From: Octopus sinensis
Lineage: Eukaryota
DNA length: 64,000 nucleotides
NCBI RefSeq assembly: GCF_006345805.1
Contig: NC_043021.1
Location: 2,356,001 to 2,420,000 of the forward strand
Direction of reading: 5' to 3'
Part shown: positions 1 through 44,240 of the stretch, piece by piece
How positions within the stretch are numbered: position 1 is the stretch's first letter
How the letters are laid out: each line of letters begins with the position of its first letter
The notes under the pieces: generated by a model
Told to the model about the DNA's origin: nothing
Database searches by the model: none
The model's input: only the letters and a program-made list of their open reading frames with translations
Program-made: the position numbers and the translations under genes

Positions 1-50
1 CCCAGAATATATTTGGTAATAAATGACGAAGAGAACTTACCTGTCAATGA

Positions 51-2500
51 TTAAGGTGGTGCTGTTTGCGGTTGGAAGCCTTTCAATGTTTGGGTTGCAG
101 CATCGATGTTCGTAGTTTCAGCTGACCTTTTGGATGGGAATCCGTAATTGGCGACAATAAGCGAGTCTTGGTCTTGTTTCGGTAGGAAAATATAAATTCG
201 CAGGAATATGTCGTAGATAAGCAGGAAAGCATTTTTCGTATATGTTGACGAAGTGGTGGGCATTCTACTGCATTTTCCATACTTCAACTGGATCTTCTGT
301 TTTTTCAGCATTAAATAACGACTATAAAATTTCATCTTCTGAAAGCTCGATTAATTCCATCTGTAACACTTCTGGAGCCTTTCAGACATCAACGAGATGT
401 GGTAGAAATGCTAATTTGAGTGGAATATCCTGTTTCTCGAAGTTAGCGGACCTTTCCCTGTCTTCTTCAATTAATAAATTCAGAACACCTGAATGTTCGT
501 TCAACAACGAATTCATACAAATTCTCGAGGTCGTGAATGACCGAAGCTATCCAAGAGCAAAGTGTTCATCTGAAATTTTAGAACTTTCTTCAAGAAACGT
601 AGTTCTTCCGAAATGCTTGAATTTTTTTTGCAACGTGTCGTAAACCGATTTTGCTTTACCTTGCAAATAAATATTCAAGTCCTTTGGCTTTCGCAGGATG
701 TCACAAAGAAATGCAGTATTTCTATAGAAATATTCATCTAAAATTCACATTGTTCATTCCGTTTGTATATATAATAACAGAGAGTCCACTAGACACACAC
801 ATTAATATTCTCTTAACATTCTCCTGGTTATTTTAATCGACCGTGCTGCCAGTTATCAAAGGAGCCATTCTAGTCACATCTTCGTCGCACGGTCGTTCTT
901 CGTAAAATTTTATTATCTGCCTGCATAAAGTAAAAACTTGTAACACCCGTCCTTGCGACAGTCAACGCAAATCCATACTGAATTCTTCATCGTCCTACCA
1001 CAGCAGTGGTTGGGACAGCGAATTCGCTGTAGTAAGAACATGGTTTCGATTCCCAGACCGGGGACTGTGAGTGGTTATTAAGCAAAAACACTCAAGCTCC
1101 ACGAGGCACCGGCGGCGGTGGGTGGTGAACCCCGCTGTACTCTTTCACTACAACTTTCTCTCATTCTTTCTTCCTACTTCTGCCACAAAACAGAGGAACC
1201 ATGGTGTATCCCACTATGGTGTGGTAAACTTTCAGGCCCTCGTCTAGATTGCGAATCCTCTGTACCTCTTGAGATGGTTCAGCTCTCCACCTGCTAAAAG
1301 CCACCGTTTACGGAATGAGGATAACAACGTAGCTTTCGCACCTGTGCAATGGCCAGTCCATTACGTGTGGTGGGTGGATCCTCAAGTTGCCACACGCATT
1401 CTTAGTAGCTTAGAGTAGGCTCGAATTAGAGATTATTCTTTGTGGCTAATGGCGTGAGTCCTGATTGGAACAACAACAGCAGCAGGTTACGGAACTGACG
1501 ATGCCTTGTTGCATTATTGGCACAAGTATAATTCACAAGATTTACGACTTGCTGCAGAATGTCACTTAAAACGGTTGATTTAGCACAAAGATTTTGCTGA
1601 TACAATGAAAAGAAATGATAGCATCTGGATTTGATATGGCTTTTTCTTTTTATCTGGGCAATAAATCCTTTACATTTTCCAGTCATGGAACTTCTTGACA
1701 TCTTGGAAGTTTGTGAAGACATCTATTCCTCGGTTCTATCCAGAAGATTACCCGAAGCCAGTAATTCTTTGTAGTAAACAAAATCTTCAGTTATGGCGTG
1801 AATGAAATAAAAAAAAACTTGCGCCGAATCACTCGTATCGATTGAATCAGTACTTTATGGTTATCTCACAACCACTGACAATTTGCCATTCAAAGGACCG
1901 GGTTCTCTCTCCCCTAAAAAATCGAGTTTGTGTGGCGACAAGAGATTGGATTAAGAGTTAGACCCTTTCGAATCAATATTTCAACACATTTGTTAACGTT
2001 TGGCCTCCTCAATAGGAATGCTAGGATTTCTTATAAAAATGTTATCGGATTCAGTAAAATGTTTAATTATTTCAATTTTCACGCTTATTAATTTTTGTTT
2101 TTTCAGTTTTCATAAGGCGTTCCTTCGTTTTAACTCGACAAAACCATAACAAGACTTCGGTTGTTTCCGTGTCAACTCGACAATTCACTTCGGATATCTT
2201 CGTGACCTCCGTGACAGTGTCCGTGTTCTGTTTTTAATGTATTTGTGTGTTGTGGAATATAGATATAACGAAATTATGCCAGCAAAAGGCCTTGCATGTT
2301 TGTTCTTACCTGCTTCATGTGTGTATGTAAAATCCGCAAATTTTCGGAGGTCACGAAGATATCCGAAGTGAATTGTCGAGTTCAGCTTGTTACTGTTTTG
2401 TCGAATTAAAAACGAAAGAATGTCGTTTTCTTGTTTATTAATCTTTGTATGATTTGTTATAAAAATATTATCAGATCCAATTCGAGATTTCATCACTTCA
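51..2500 (-). pseudogene. Decayed hAT transposase (GTF2IRD2/SPIN-like), interrupted by an insertion at ~965-1420
   Basis: Fragments YQQNLCAKSTVLSDILQQVVNLVNY..NATRHRQFRNLL and RKMLSCLSTTYSCEFIFS match the hAT core and C-terminal dimerisation motifs; many stops and frameshifts. Outer bounds approximate. Confidence 0.75.
1005..1180 (+). mobile_element. tRNA-derived SINE family G, partial
   Basis: agtggttgggacagcg...ttcgattcccagaccggg...gctgtactctttcactacaactttctctc; matches 63080-63439 and 8115-8290. Confidence 0.7.
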
Positions 2501-4130
2501 CTTTTGTTGTTATTGTTTTATTAAGGGTTAAACAATTTTTTTAGTTGAGGCAAATAACCAAAAAGTGCCGATATTTCTCATAAAACGTGGAGAGATAACC
2601 CAATATTTTAATGGGGGTGAGATAACCAAAAAAGTACCGTTGAATCATCCAAAACGATTGAATAATATACATTATCCTCTTGAAGTATAGTGTGAAGTTG
2701 TTCTCTTACACTGAGGGATAATTCATGCTGCCGATCACTTATGGTTCTCCGGGAAAGAGGTACTGTAAATCCTCGAGTGAAATTAAACCCTTACTGTTGT
2801 AGGTTATTTATTTCAAAAATTACTTCCTCCAACCAAAAATAAATTATTGTAGGTGCAGACATGGCTGTGTGGTAAGAAGCTTGCTTCCCAACCACATGGT
2901 TCCGAGTTCAGTCCCACTGCGGGACACTTTGGCCAAGTGTTTCTATTATAGTCTTGGACCAACCAAAACCTCGTGAGCAGATTTGGTTGACAAAAAGTGA
3001 AAGAAGGGCGTCATATATATATATATATATATCATCATTGTTTAATGTCCACTTTCCATGCTGGCATGGGTTGGACGGTTCGAACCAAGGACTGGCAAGG
3101 TTTCTACAGCTGGATGCCCTTCCTAATGCCAACCACTCCAAGAGCGTAGTGGGTGGTTTTTACGTGCCACTGGGCACTGGCATCGACCACGCTTGAATGG
3201 AGCTTTTTATGTGCCACCGGCAGAGGAGCCCATCAGCCGGCACTGGCAACAACCATGCTCAAATGGTGCTTTTTATGTGCCACTGGCATGGTGCATATGT
3301 AAGAAACTTGCTTCCCAATCACATGGTCTTGGGTTCAATCCCACTGTGTGGCACCTTGGGCAAGTTGATTTTACTGTAGTCTTGGGCTGACCAGTCTTGT
3401 GAGTGGATTTGGTTGACAGTGTAGCAATTGCTATCTTCACTGTTTGAGAAAAACAGAAACTGAAAGAAGTCTATTGTGTGTATTTGTGTACATATATTGT
3501 ATGTGTGTGGTAAGAAACTTGCTTCCAGCCACATGGTTCTGGGTTCAGTCCCACTGCGTGGCAGCTACTCTAGCCCTGATCTGACCAAAGCCTTGTGAAT
3601 GGATTAGGTAGATGGAAACTGAAAGAAGCTTGTATATATATACATGTGTGTGTGTGTGTCTGTTTTCCCACCCCCGTTACTTGACAACTGGTACTGGTGT
3701 GTTTACATCCTAAAAACTTAGCAGTTCAGCAAAAGAGACCAATAAAATAAGTATCAGGCTTCAAAATAAAGAAAAAAAAGTACGGCGGGGGGGGGGGGGG
3801 TCAATTCATTTGACTAAAAAATTCTTCAAGGCAGTGCCCCAGCATTGCCACAGTTTAATGACCAAAACAAAAGAAAAATATCAAAGAAAACAAAACATTG
3901 AAGAACGCAAAAATAAAAGAAAAAGAAACGAAGAATTTCTTCAAAAGACTTTAATTATATCTTGAGATTTTCTCATTAACAACTGCTATATACATATAAC
4001 AACAACAACAATGATGATAATGAAGATATCCAAATGAGATTAATTATAATTAGTTGCATTAAATGAGTGGTGAGTTTTAGTTTTGTTCCTTGGCCAAAAT
4101 CTCTGTCACTCACAATTACGCAATCAAGCA

Positions 4131-4178
<48 letters not shown>

Positions 4179-4643
4179 TGCATGTATGCATATACACATA
4201 TTCAAACATAGCTACATAGATTCTCCCTTCTCTTTCTCACACACACACACACACACACACACAGTTCTAATTCTATTAGAGATATATTGTGACCCTTAAG
4301 GATGGAAAATTATGTAGGAAATCTGGTGGGAGCAAAGTTGTCTCTAAGGGGCTTAGAAAACCTGAAGGATCACTGCAATAAGTGCGTGAATCTGAGAGGG
4401 GGATATGTTGGATAAAATCATAATTAAATGGATCCTCTTGTATTTTCTTTTACCCAAAGTGAGGAACTTTTCAACACCTCCTTGTATACACACACACATG
4501 TATATATATATATATATGTATGTATGTATATACATATATGTTTATTGAGATTGAGGAGGGGGGTGGTTGTGAGAGAATGGGAGTACCCATCTCTTCCCTA
4601 AAGATTTACACAGAAAATTCAAAGAACAAACCCTAGATTTGGG

Positions 4644-4675
<32 letters not shown>

Positions 4676-5472
4676 GAAGTGGGGGTGGGTGGGAAGGGTG
4701 GTGTTGGGATTCTATTGGTGGTGGTGGCATGTGTGAGGGGGAAGGGGGAATTTTCAGAGAACGGAAAAAGAGAGATTCATCAAAAGCTCAAAGGAAACAC
4801 GATGACGAATGATGAAGATGAAAATGACGGGGTGGGGGGGGTCGAAAGGCGGAACAACTACATGCCAAGTTGATAAAGTGATGGAGATTGGAGTGGGGGG
4901 GAGGAGGTTATAGAGGAGGGGGCAACAGTCCAAATCTTGACCCATCATCCACATTCTTGACCCCGAACCCAAAGAACTGTCATGCCAAGTGTGGTGGAGG
5001 TGGCGGTGGAGGGGATGCAATAATATGTAAATGAGGGTCACAAGATTTGGCTGTTGGTCCCTTGCTTGTTTCCAGTGCACAGGGAAGGTTCTGCCCATTC
5101 CACCCCTCACTCCCTCCCTCCCTCACAACTAGCTGTTGTGGGGATGATGTTGGTAGCGGTGATGTTGATGTTGGTAGTATGATACGGGGTGGAGGGGTGG
5201 GGACAGTAAATCATAAACTCAAGAAGAAGAAGAAGAAGAAGAAGAAGAAGGCATTAAATGGTTTCCTGAAAAAAAAAAAATCACTGTTAAAATAACTGCG
5301 GAAGAGGAGTTAGGGGTAATGTAGGAGGGGGGGATGAAGAAATTAAGGAACAAGATGTAGAAGAAGGTGCAAGAGGAGGGGGTAGAGAAAAAGAAAGAAA
5401 GAGGAGCCCAGGATTGAGAAAATTTGATGACATGTTGCATAAATGGTGAAATATTTGAAGATATTTCTCCCT

Positions 5473-5514
<42 letters not shown>

Positions 5515-5681
5515 TAAAAAGTTACTGTATAAAAAATATATTGTCAACATTAACGAAAAATGTTTTAAAAAAGAAGAAATAAAAGTAAATAAAATAAACT
5601 CCGAAAAAGAAAAACAAAAAAAAAAATGTGGAAATATTTGTTTTACAAAAAAAAAAGAGAGAAAAAAATCAACATACAAAT

Positions 5682-5715
<34 letters not shown>

Positions 5716-5717
5716 GA

Positions 5718-5723
5718 TTTATT
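5718..5723 (-). promoter_or_regulatory. Candidate distal poly(A) signal AATAAA
   Basis: tttatt on plus; such hexamers are common in AT-rich DNA. Confidence 0.2.
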
Positions 5724-6209
5724 TGTAGATTAATAAGACAGCCAACTGTTGGCAATCGTTTACATTTTAGGAGATGAGTAACAGAATTCCCAATTGGTTT
5801 GCTTGAATAATTGTGAAGAACTTTTTTTCTTTCTAGCATGAAACCATTGGTTGCCTTGTTAATCTACAAATAACAAATATTTACCCACCAATGTGGCATT
5901 GAGCACTCATTCTCACTGTTCGATACTATCGTGTATGTGTGAGCATGTGTGTGTGTCTATATATATTTATATATATATATATATATTTGTGTGTATGTAT
6001 ATCTATATATATAAATATATAGGTTTGGTGGAATGAACACAAAATAGCCCTCAATTCATGTGTGTACATATTTTTTTTTAATCAGCAGAAACAGTTACAG
6101 ATAACCCAAAAGCTTCATTTTTATACGTAAGAAACATTCAGCCTTTGAGTCACTCACATAACATTCTGACTGATTAAAAAGTTTATATATATATATATAT
6201 ATATATAAA

Positions 6210-6605
6210 GGTGCAGGAGTGGCTGTGTGATAAGAAACTTGTTTCCCAACAACATGGTTGCGGGTTCAGTCCCACAGCGTGGCACCTTGGGCAAGTGTCT
6301 GCTACCATAGCCTCAGGCCAACCAAAGCCTTATGAGTAGATTTGGTAGATGGAAACTGAAAGAAGCCCAGGCTTATATGAATATAAATATTTGTGTGTTT
6401 GTGTCTGTGTTTGTCTCCCCACCATCATTTGAGGATCGATGTTGGTGTGTTTATGTCCCTGTAGCTTAGCGGTTCGGCAAAAGAGACTGATGGAATAAGT
6501 GCTAGGCTTACAAAGAATAAGTTGTGGGGTCGATGTGCTCAACTAAAACCCCTTAAGGTGATGCTCCAGCATGGCCACAGTCAAATGACTAAAAGAATAA
6601 AGGAA
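6210..6605 (+). mobile_element. tRNA-derived SINE family A (CORE-like ccttgggcaagt, internal microsatellite)
   Basis: ggtgcaggagtggctgtgtg...gggttcagtccc...gcatggccacagtcaaatgact. Other plus copies include 2860, 3505-3850, 7855, 21195-21590, 24572-24740, 26000, 30735-31150, 31575-31890, 44785-45210, 63660-63960. Confidence 0.85.
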
Positions 6606-6610
6606 TATAT

Positions 6611-6821
6611 ACTCTTTACTCTCTTTTACTCTTTTACTTGTTTCAGTCATTTGACTGTGGCCATGCTAGAGCACCACCTTCAGTCAAGCAAATCGACCCC
6701 AGGACTTATTCTTTGTAAGCTTAGTACTTATTCTATCGGTCCCTTTTGCTGAACTGCTAAGTTACGGGGATGTAAGCACACCAGCATCGGTTGTCATGTG
6801 ATGTTGGGGGGACAAACACAG

Positions 6822-6870
<49 letters not shown>

Positions 6871-7035
6871 TAAAACGGGCTTCTTTCAGTTTCTGTCTGC
6901 CAAATCCACTCACAAGGCTTTGGTCAGCCTGAGGCTATAGTAGAAGACCCTTGTCCAAAGTGCCACGCAGTGGGACTGAACCTGGAACCATGTGGTTGGT
7001 AAGCAAGCTACTTACCACACCGCCACTCCTGCGCC
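6611..7035 (-). mobile_element. SINE family A, reverse orientation
   Basis: Reverse complement of the family consensus. Other minus copies include 29722-30116, 36230-36400, 37950-38285, 40065-40440, 40715-41020, 41865-42265, 50335-50700, 58820-58950, 59720-59870. Confidence 0.85.
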
Positions 7036-7069
7036 TATGAATATGTATATACACACACATGCACACATA

Positions 7070-7075
7070 TTTATT
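7070..7075 (-). promoter_or_regulatory. Candidate proximal poly(A) signal AATAAA
   Basis: tttatt on plus, 165 nt after the stop codon. Confidence 0.45.
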
Positions 7076-7239
7076 AGATAAATGCTGAAAAGTTGCAGGA
7101 AACGGGAAAAAAATGCGTTTTTTTTAAAACTAAACAAGACAAGAAGCAAAATAAATGTAACAATAACAATAAAAAGAAACAAAAGGAAGCAAAAAAAAAT
7201 CTCAAATTCTCCCCACCCCACCTACCAGTTCCCTGAAAT

Positions 7240-37387
<30,148 letters not shown>

Positions 37388-37579
37388 AGAGCGACAGCTA
37401 AATCGTGTGTATATATATATATATAGTCTATATAGACAATATATATATATATATATGTATATACTCTCACGGTCACAGGTGTGTGTGTATATATATATAT
37501 AGTCTATATAGACAATATATATATATATATATATGTATGTATATATACTCTCACGGGCACAGGTGTGTATATATATTGA

Positions 37580-37910
37580 TGTGTGTTTGTGTTTCGAAGG
37601 AGGAAGCAGAAGAAGAAGAGAAATATTTCCGATCAGCTGAGAAGATGTCGAAGAGGAGAGAGTCGGGCAGTGAGGAGTGCTTTGGGGGGTGGAGACAACA
37701 TTTGTTAGACGGGTGGAAGCGGGGACCAGAACCAAGGACACGAGGCGACGAGACAACGGATCGAACGACTGACGACAGAGTTTGTTGTTGGGTTTATGAT
37801 GGCATGGTCGGATTGTGGAAATGGTAGTCACGCAGTAAATGACGGAAACTTCCGGTTACTAAAAAAAAAAAAGCAGCTGAACTTTCCTATGACGTAACTT
37901 CCGGAAGTTT
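37580..37910 (-). promoter_or_regulatory. CpG-rich promoter / first-exon region with ETS and CRE-like sites
   Basis: Local CpG enrichment. Minus strand reads CCGGAAGTTACGTCA (37890-37904) and CCGGAAGTTTCCGTCA (37840-37855). Palindromic double ETS ACTTCCGGAAGT at 37897-37908. TSS not determinable. Confidence 0.7.
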
Positions 37911-38338
37911 ATATATTTTTTTTTCCGTCGTAGCTTTTGTATGTTTCGGTCATGGCATCGCGACCATGCTGGAGCACCGCCTCCACGGGTTCGAGTCGAA
38001 TGAATTAGACTCCAGTATTTATTTCTTTTTTGCCTTAAAGAAATATCCCAGTTCGCTTATGTCCCCCTAACGAACCAGCAAACACATCTATATATATATA
38101 TATATATATCTAGGTATAGGTTCTATGTGACGACGCTTTTCGGTTTCCGTCTACCAAATCCTTTCAAAAGCCTTATTTGGGCAGGGCTGTAATTGAAGAC
38201 ACTCGACCTAGGTGTAGCACGGTGGGACTGAACCCAGGCTGATGTGACTGCAAAGCAAATGTCTTACCACAAAGCCACGCCTATTTCCACCTTCTCGGAA
38301 TCTATTTTCAATCTACACCTTACTATTATCTTAGAAAA

Positions 38339-38737
38339 CTAGCAGTATCGCCCGGCGTTGCTCGGGTTTGTAAGGGAAATAACTATATAAGCATTTTTAG
38401 AGAGTTATAGCCAAAAATTAGCAAAAATATGCATTAAAGATGGAAAAAAAATTATGGTAAATTTTTTTTTAAATCGTTGACTCATCGTAGACATTTATAG
38501 AGAGTTACTTCCCTTATATAATAGTGAAAAATGCATTAAAATGGAAAAAATATTATGGTAATTTTTTTTAAAATCGTAGACTCAACGTAGACACGCGCTA
38601 ATACCCAGAAGGGCTCGATATGAATCACGACTATAAGATACCCGGTTTTGGTTAAACTGCACCGCAAAATGTGGGAGTAGTTAGGAATCTAAATCGTAGG
38701 AGACAGAGACACACAACTTCTCTTTTATATATAAAGA
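38339..38737 (-). mobile_element. Non-autonomous Helitron, same family
   Basis: TC...CTAG termini in an AT target; close match to 16240-16529 with a longer interior. Confidence 0.75.
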
Positions 38738-41700
38738 TATATACAATTTGATAATTTGTGAATTAAGTTCACAATGTCGAGAGAAAAAGCAGGACAGTCA
38801 GGGATGAAATGTCTTTCGTTGCCGGGTTTCTCAATCGGGATTGACTAACGACTAAACAACATCGTCAGTAACGTCTATGTCATTCATGGGCAACCTTTTC
38901 CGAGAAGCGGTCCGCATGAGACATGACTCATCATTAGGTGGGCCGCACTACTAAAAGAAATTGAAAGTAAATTTTCGTTTCGGATTGCCATTCAGAAAGT
39001 CACGATGGCCGCAGTTTACCAATGACTGCTCGACGTATTGTCACAAACTACTAGAAACAGCAGTTAAATTTCCCTCAGATTGCGCACTACCTTCTGAAAT
39101 AAGGAAAGACCACTGTGGATAATGTACTTCTACGTGACTCTTATGAGATGGGATGGTCATGGCTGGAATGCCATGCCATGTATGAGTGTTTTGCTCGATC
39201 AGTGTTGACCTAGGGCTAAACAAAAACTGCACCAGCGCTATTAGGTTACTTCTGTGTCTTTTCTCGACCTTCGAGAAATAGCAGGCAAATATGCCTCGTA
39301 AAATACATGTAAAAATAGTGTAATCCTTGAAAATAATAAGGGGTGGTCATATTTAAACCGCTGGGCTGACCTGGGACCAAACAACAGCAAAGTTAATAAA
39401 TTTTTGTAATGTACAATGAGGAAACAAGGCGGCAAGCTAGCCGGATTGTTTAGCAGTCCGGACAAAACGCTTAGCGGCATTTCGTCCGTCTTCACGCCTC
39501 AAGTTTAAATTCCGCCGAGGTCGACTTTGCCTTCATCCTTTCGGGATCGATTACGCACTGGGGTCGATGTAATCGACTTAATCCGTTTGTCTGTCCTTGT
39601 TTGTCCCCTCTGTGTTTAGCCCCTTGTGGGTAGTAAAGAAATAGGTATTTCGTCTGCCACTACGATCTGAGTTCAAATTCCGCTGAGGTCGACTTTGCCT
39701 TTCATCCTTTCAGGGAAGATAAATTAAGTACCAGTTACGTACTGGTGTCGATCAAATCGACTGCCCCCCCCCAATTTCGGGCCTTGGGCCTTAGAGCAGA
39801 AAAGAATATACAACGAGGAAACCTTTACATGGTTTCTTAGTCTGCTAGAAATAGCTGCCAAATCTGATTATACTCTATTCTCTTTAAAATAGTGAGAAGG
39901 GACTCATATAATGTGGTTATCAATATATTATATCTAAAAAAAAATAATAAAAGATGGTCACGCTTGGACTTCTTTTGATCATCCATCTGTTCCGTTTGAT
40001 GCTGCCTTGGAGTCAACCCTTTTGCAACTGGAATCAATATGTGTGTGTGTATGTGTGGTATACTCTTACTCTTTTACTTGGAGCACTACCTTTTAGTCGA
40101 GCAAATCGACCCCAGGACTCATTCTTTGGAAGCCTAGTACTTATTCTATCAGTCTTTTTTGCCGAACCATTAAGTTATGGGGGACGTAAACACACCAGCA
40201 TCGGTTGTCAAGTAATGCTAGGGGGACAAACACAGACACACAAACATATACACATACATATATATATATGCATATATACGACGGGCTTCTTTCAGTTTCC
40301 GTCTACCAAATCCACTCACAAGGCTTTGGTCGGCCCGAGGTTATAGTTGAAGACACTTGCCCAAGGTGCCATGCAGTGGGACTGAACCCTGAACCATGTG
40401 TTTGTAAGCAAGCTACTTACCACACAGCCACTCCTGTGCCTATGTGTATGTTTGTGTTTTTTTGACTTGACATCATTGTAAACGAGTGTGACCACCACAC
40501 AAGCAGTGTCGTTCCTTTTTAATCGTGTCTGGCCATGGAGGAAACAGGCGTGGGTTATTGACAGGAAGAGCACCCAGGCATAGAAAATCTGTCTCACTAA
40601 ACTCCGTCCGACCCATGCAAGCGTGGAAAAGTGGGTGTTAAAATGATGATGATTATCATCATCATCATCATGTACCTATGGGTCCTTAAGTAAATAACAT
40701 TTGTACATTTTCAATTGTTTCAGTCATTTGACTGTGGCCATGATGGAGCACCACTTTCAAGGATTTTTAGTCGAAGGAACCAACTAGTACTTATTCTATC
40801 GATGTCTTTTGCCGAACCGTTAAGCTCGGTTGTCAAGCAATGATGGCAGGGGACAAACACACACACACACACACACACACATACGACGGGGTCAACCAAA
40901 TTCACTCATAAGGACTTGGTCTGCCTGAGGCCTCAGTAGAAGACACTTACCGGAGGTGCCACGCAGTGGGACTGAACCCAGAACCGTGTGGTTGGGAAGC
41001 AAGCTTCTTACCAAACAGCCATGTGGTGTGTGTATGTCTGTTTGCATATATATATATATATGTATAGTATGCTTGTATGTAATGTAGGACATAATTTCTA
41101 AGTGTATGTGTGTGTCTGTGTGTGAGCGTATGTGAAAGAGAGAGTGTGTGTGTGTGTTTGGATGTTCAAGAATGACACATGACCTTCGCTTGTTACTGTT
41201 ATCTCATGCAAATGCCGATACTCCCAGGTTCAGAATAAATCACCTGTATACGGGTGCACACATGCTAAGCAAGTCAGCAGACACAGTCAGATAGCTACAC
41301 GTACACACACACACACACATACCACAGCACACACACACACATACCACAGCACACACACACACACACACACATACCACAGCACACACACACACACACACAC
41401 AACCACTGGCTGACTCTCAATTCCAGGAAAAAAGTCCTCCCTTATCTTGCTACTGATCCCAACTGACTTACCCCCCCCCCCCCCCAACCCATCCCCCCCC
41501 AACCCTCGGTTACCATGCTACTACATCACCGCCGCCGCTTCCCCCCCGCCACCACCACCACCTCTACCACCATAATCATCTCCACCGCCGCCGCCGTCAC
41601 CGCTACCACCACCACCACCACCACCATTACCACCGACGCCACCGCTGTCACCACCACCACCACTACCATCACCACTTAGACCGTAGTCACATCACTGTGC

Positions 41701-42599
41701 TTCTATCATGTGTTTGTGTGATAGCATGGGTGGTGATCCACAGAGGACCAGCTTCATTTTGATGTATGATACATGTTCCTGTGTTAGTAATTATACCTGT
41801 CCTAAACAAAATGGCATTACTCTTTGACTCACCCTCGTATACACACACACACACATATATATACTCTTTACTCTTTACTCTTTTACTTGTTTCAGTCATT
41901 TGACTGCGGCCATGCTGGAGCACCGCCTTTAGTCGAGCAAATCGACCCCGGGACTTATTCTTTGTAAGCCCAGTACTTATTCTATCGGTCTCTTTTTGCC
42001 GAACCGCTAAGTGACGGGGACGTAAACACACCAGCATCGGTTGTCAAGCAATGCTAGGGGGACAAACACAGACACACAAACACACACATACATATATATA
42101 TATATACGACAGGCTTCTTTCAGTTTCCGTCTACCAAATCCACTCACAAAGCATTGGTCGGCCCGGGGCTATAGCAGAAGACACTTGCCCAAGGTGCCAC
42201 GCAGTGGGACTGAACCCGGAACCATGTGGTTGGTAAGCAAGCTACTTACCACACAGCCACTCCTGTGTATATATAAATTTTAACCTTGTGGTAGTGGAGT
42301 AAAAATGTTTACTGGTTCATGGACCATTTGGGGGTCTGTCTTTAGAAGACTGGCATTGAAATTATTAAATGCCCTTACTGAAATTTTAATAAAAATTAAT
42401 CATTGTGGTATTTTAGTATACTAGCCACTGATAAATTCATTAAATAATGACTTCATACTTATTACGTATAAAAATATAATACATGAACAAACAATTCACA
42501 AGAAAAATGATTCATGAAAAATTGCGAAGTTATCATTAATTCTGTTATTATCCAATGGAACTGTTTTAAAAAATGATAATAGAATCAATAATCGCCTAT

Positions 42600-43400
42600 A
42601 AATATATATATACATACATACATACATACATACATACTTACATACATACATACATACATACAGACATACAGACATACATACATACATACATAAATACATA
42701 CATACATACATACATACATACAGACATACGTACATACATACATACATACATACATACACACATACATAAATACATACATACATACAGACAGACAGACAGA
42801 CAGACATAAATACATACATACATACACACATACATACACACATACATACACACATACATACATACATACATACATACATACATACATACATACATACATA
42901 CATACACACATACATACATACACACATACATAAATACATACATACATACATACATAAATACATACATACATACACACATACATACATACATACATACATA
43001 CATACATACATACATACATACACACATACATACATACACACATACATACATAAATACATACATACATACATACATAAATACACACATACATACACACATA
43101 CATACATACATACATACATACATACATACATACATACATACATACACACATACATACATACACACATACATACATACATACACACATACACACATACATA
43201 CATACACACATACACACATACATACATACACACATACATACATACATACACACATAGACAGACATACATACATATACACACATGTGCATATGTGTGTATG
43301 TATGTAATGGGGAGAGAAAAGGTGAATGATTGAGAGAGGGTGATACAAACTGAGTATACACATTTTATAAACACACACACATACATACATACATACATAC
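42600..43400. repeat. (TACA)n/(CA)n compound microsatellite field
   Basis: Similar fields at 45550-45950, 52870-53120, 54205-54460. Confidence 0.95.
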
Positions 43401-43709
43401 ACACTATAGGCAACTGCTTCAAAACCCTCAGCTTCTTCTATATCTGGATTACAAATTCACATTTTTACCAATAATAACTTTGTGCATTTAGGATTTGTTC
43501 GTTAATGCCCATGTGACAATCTAGATAAGCTTGGATTTTCAGAAAAGGATATCAACCGACTGACTCCCTTATGAATGCAATCTGTAAGTGGAACAATAAA
43601 AATGTGCAAGTTGTTGTTAGCTCTCTACAAACAAACAATGGAGCTTTGTATCTTTGTTAGAAAGCAGCACCTCCTTCAGAGGAAGAATTAAATATTCAAA
43701 TCAAAAGAG

Positions 43710-43827
<118 letters not shown>

Positions 43828-44084
43828 CATACATATATACATAAATGATAAGCTTGGATTTTCCAGAAAAGATATCAGCCGAGTGACTCACACATTACAA
43901 ATGCAATCTGTAAATGGAACAGTAAAAATATGCAAGTCTTTCTCAGTTTAAAGTGTAACGATTTTGTTACCTACGTTCCAACAATGGAGTTTTGTAAATT
44001 TAGTAGAAACCAGCCCCTTCCTCGGAAGAATTTAATAATTAAAACAACACACATACACATATGCATATGAGGGGCTGCTGGAAA

Positions 44085-44205
44085 GTTCCTGGCTTTAAGG
44101 ATATCACAAAAATCCTGATTGGAGACTCAACCTTCCAAGTTCTTTTACAGGGCTTGGAAAAACTGAAGGACTGCTGCAATAAGTGTGTGAATCTGAGAGG
44201 GGAAT

Positions 44206-44240
<35 letters not shown>

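Noticed and set aside
4754-5110. 118-aa ORF and short inverted repeat ccaaatcttg / caagatttgg
   Set aside because: Low-complexity purine-rich sequence; the short imperfect IR is within chance expectation.
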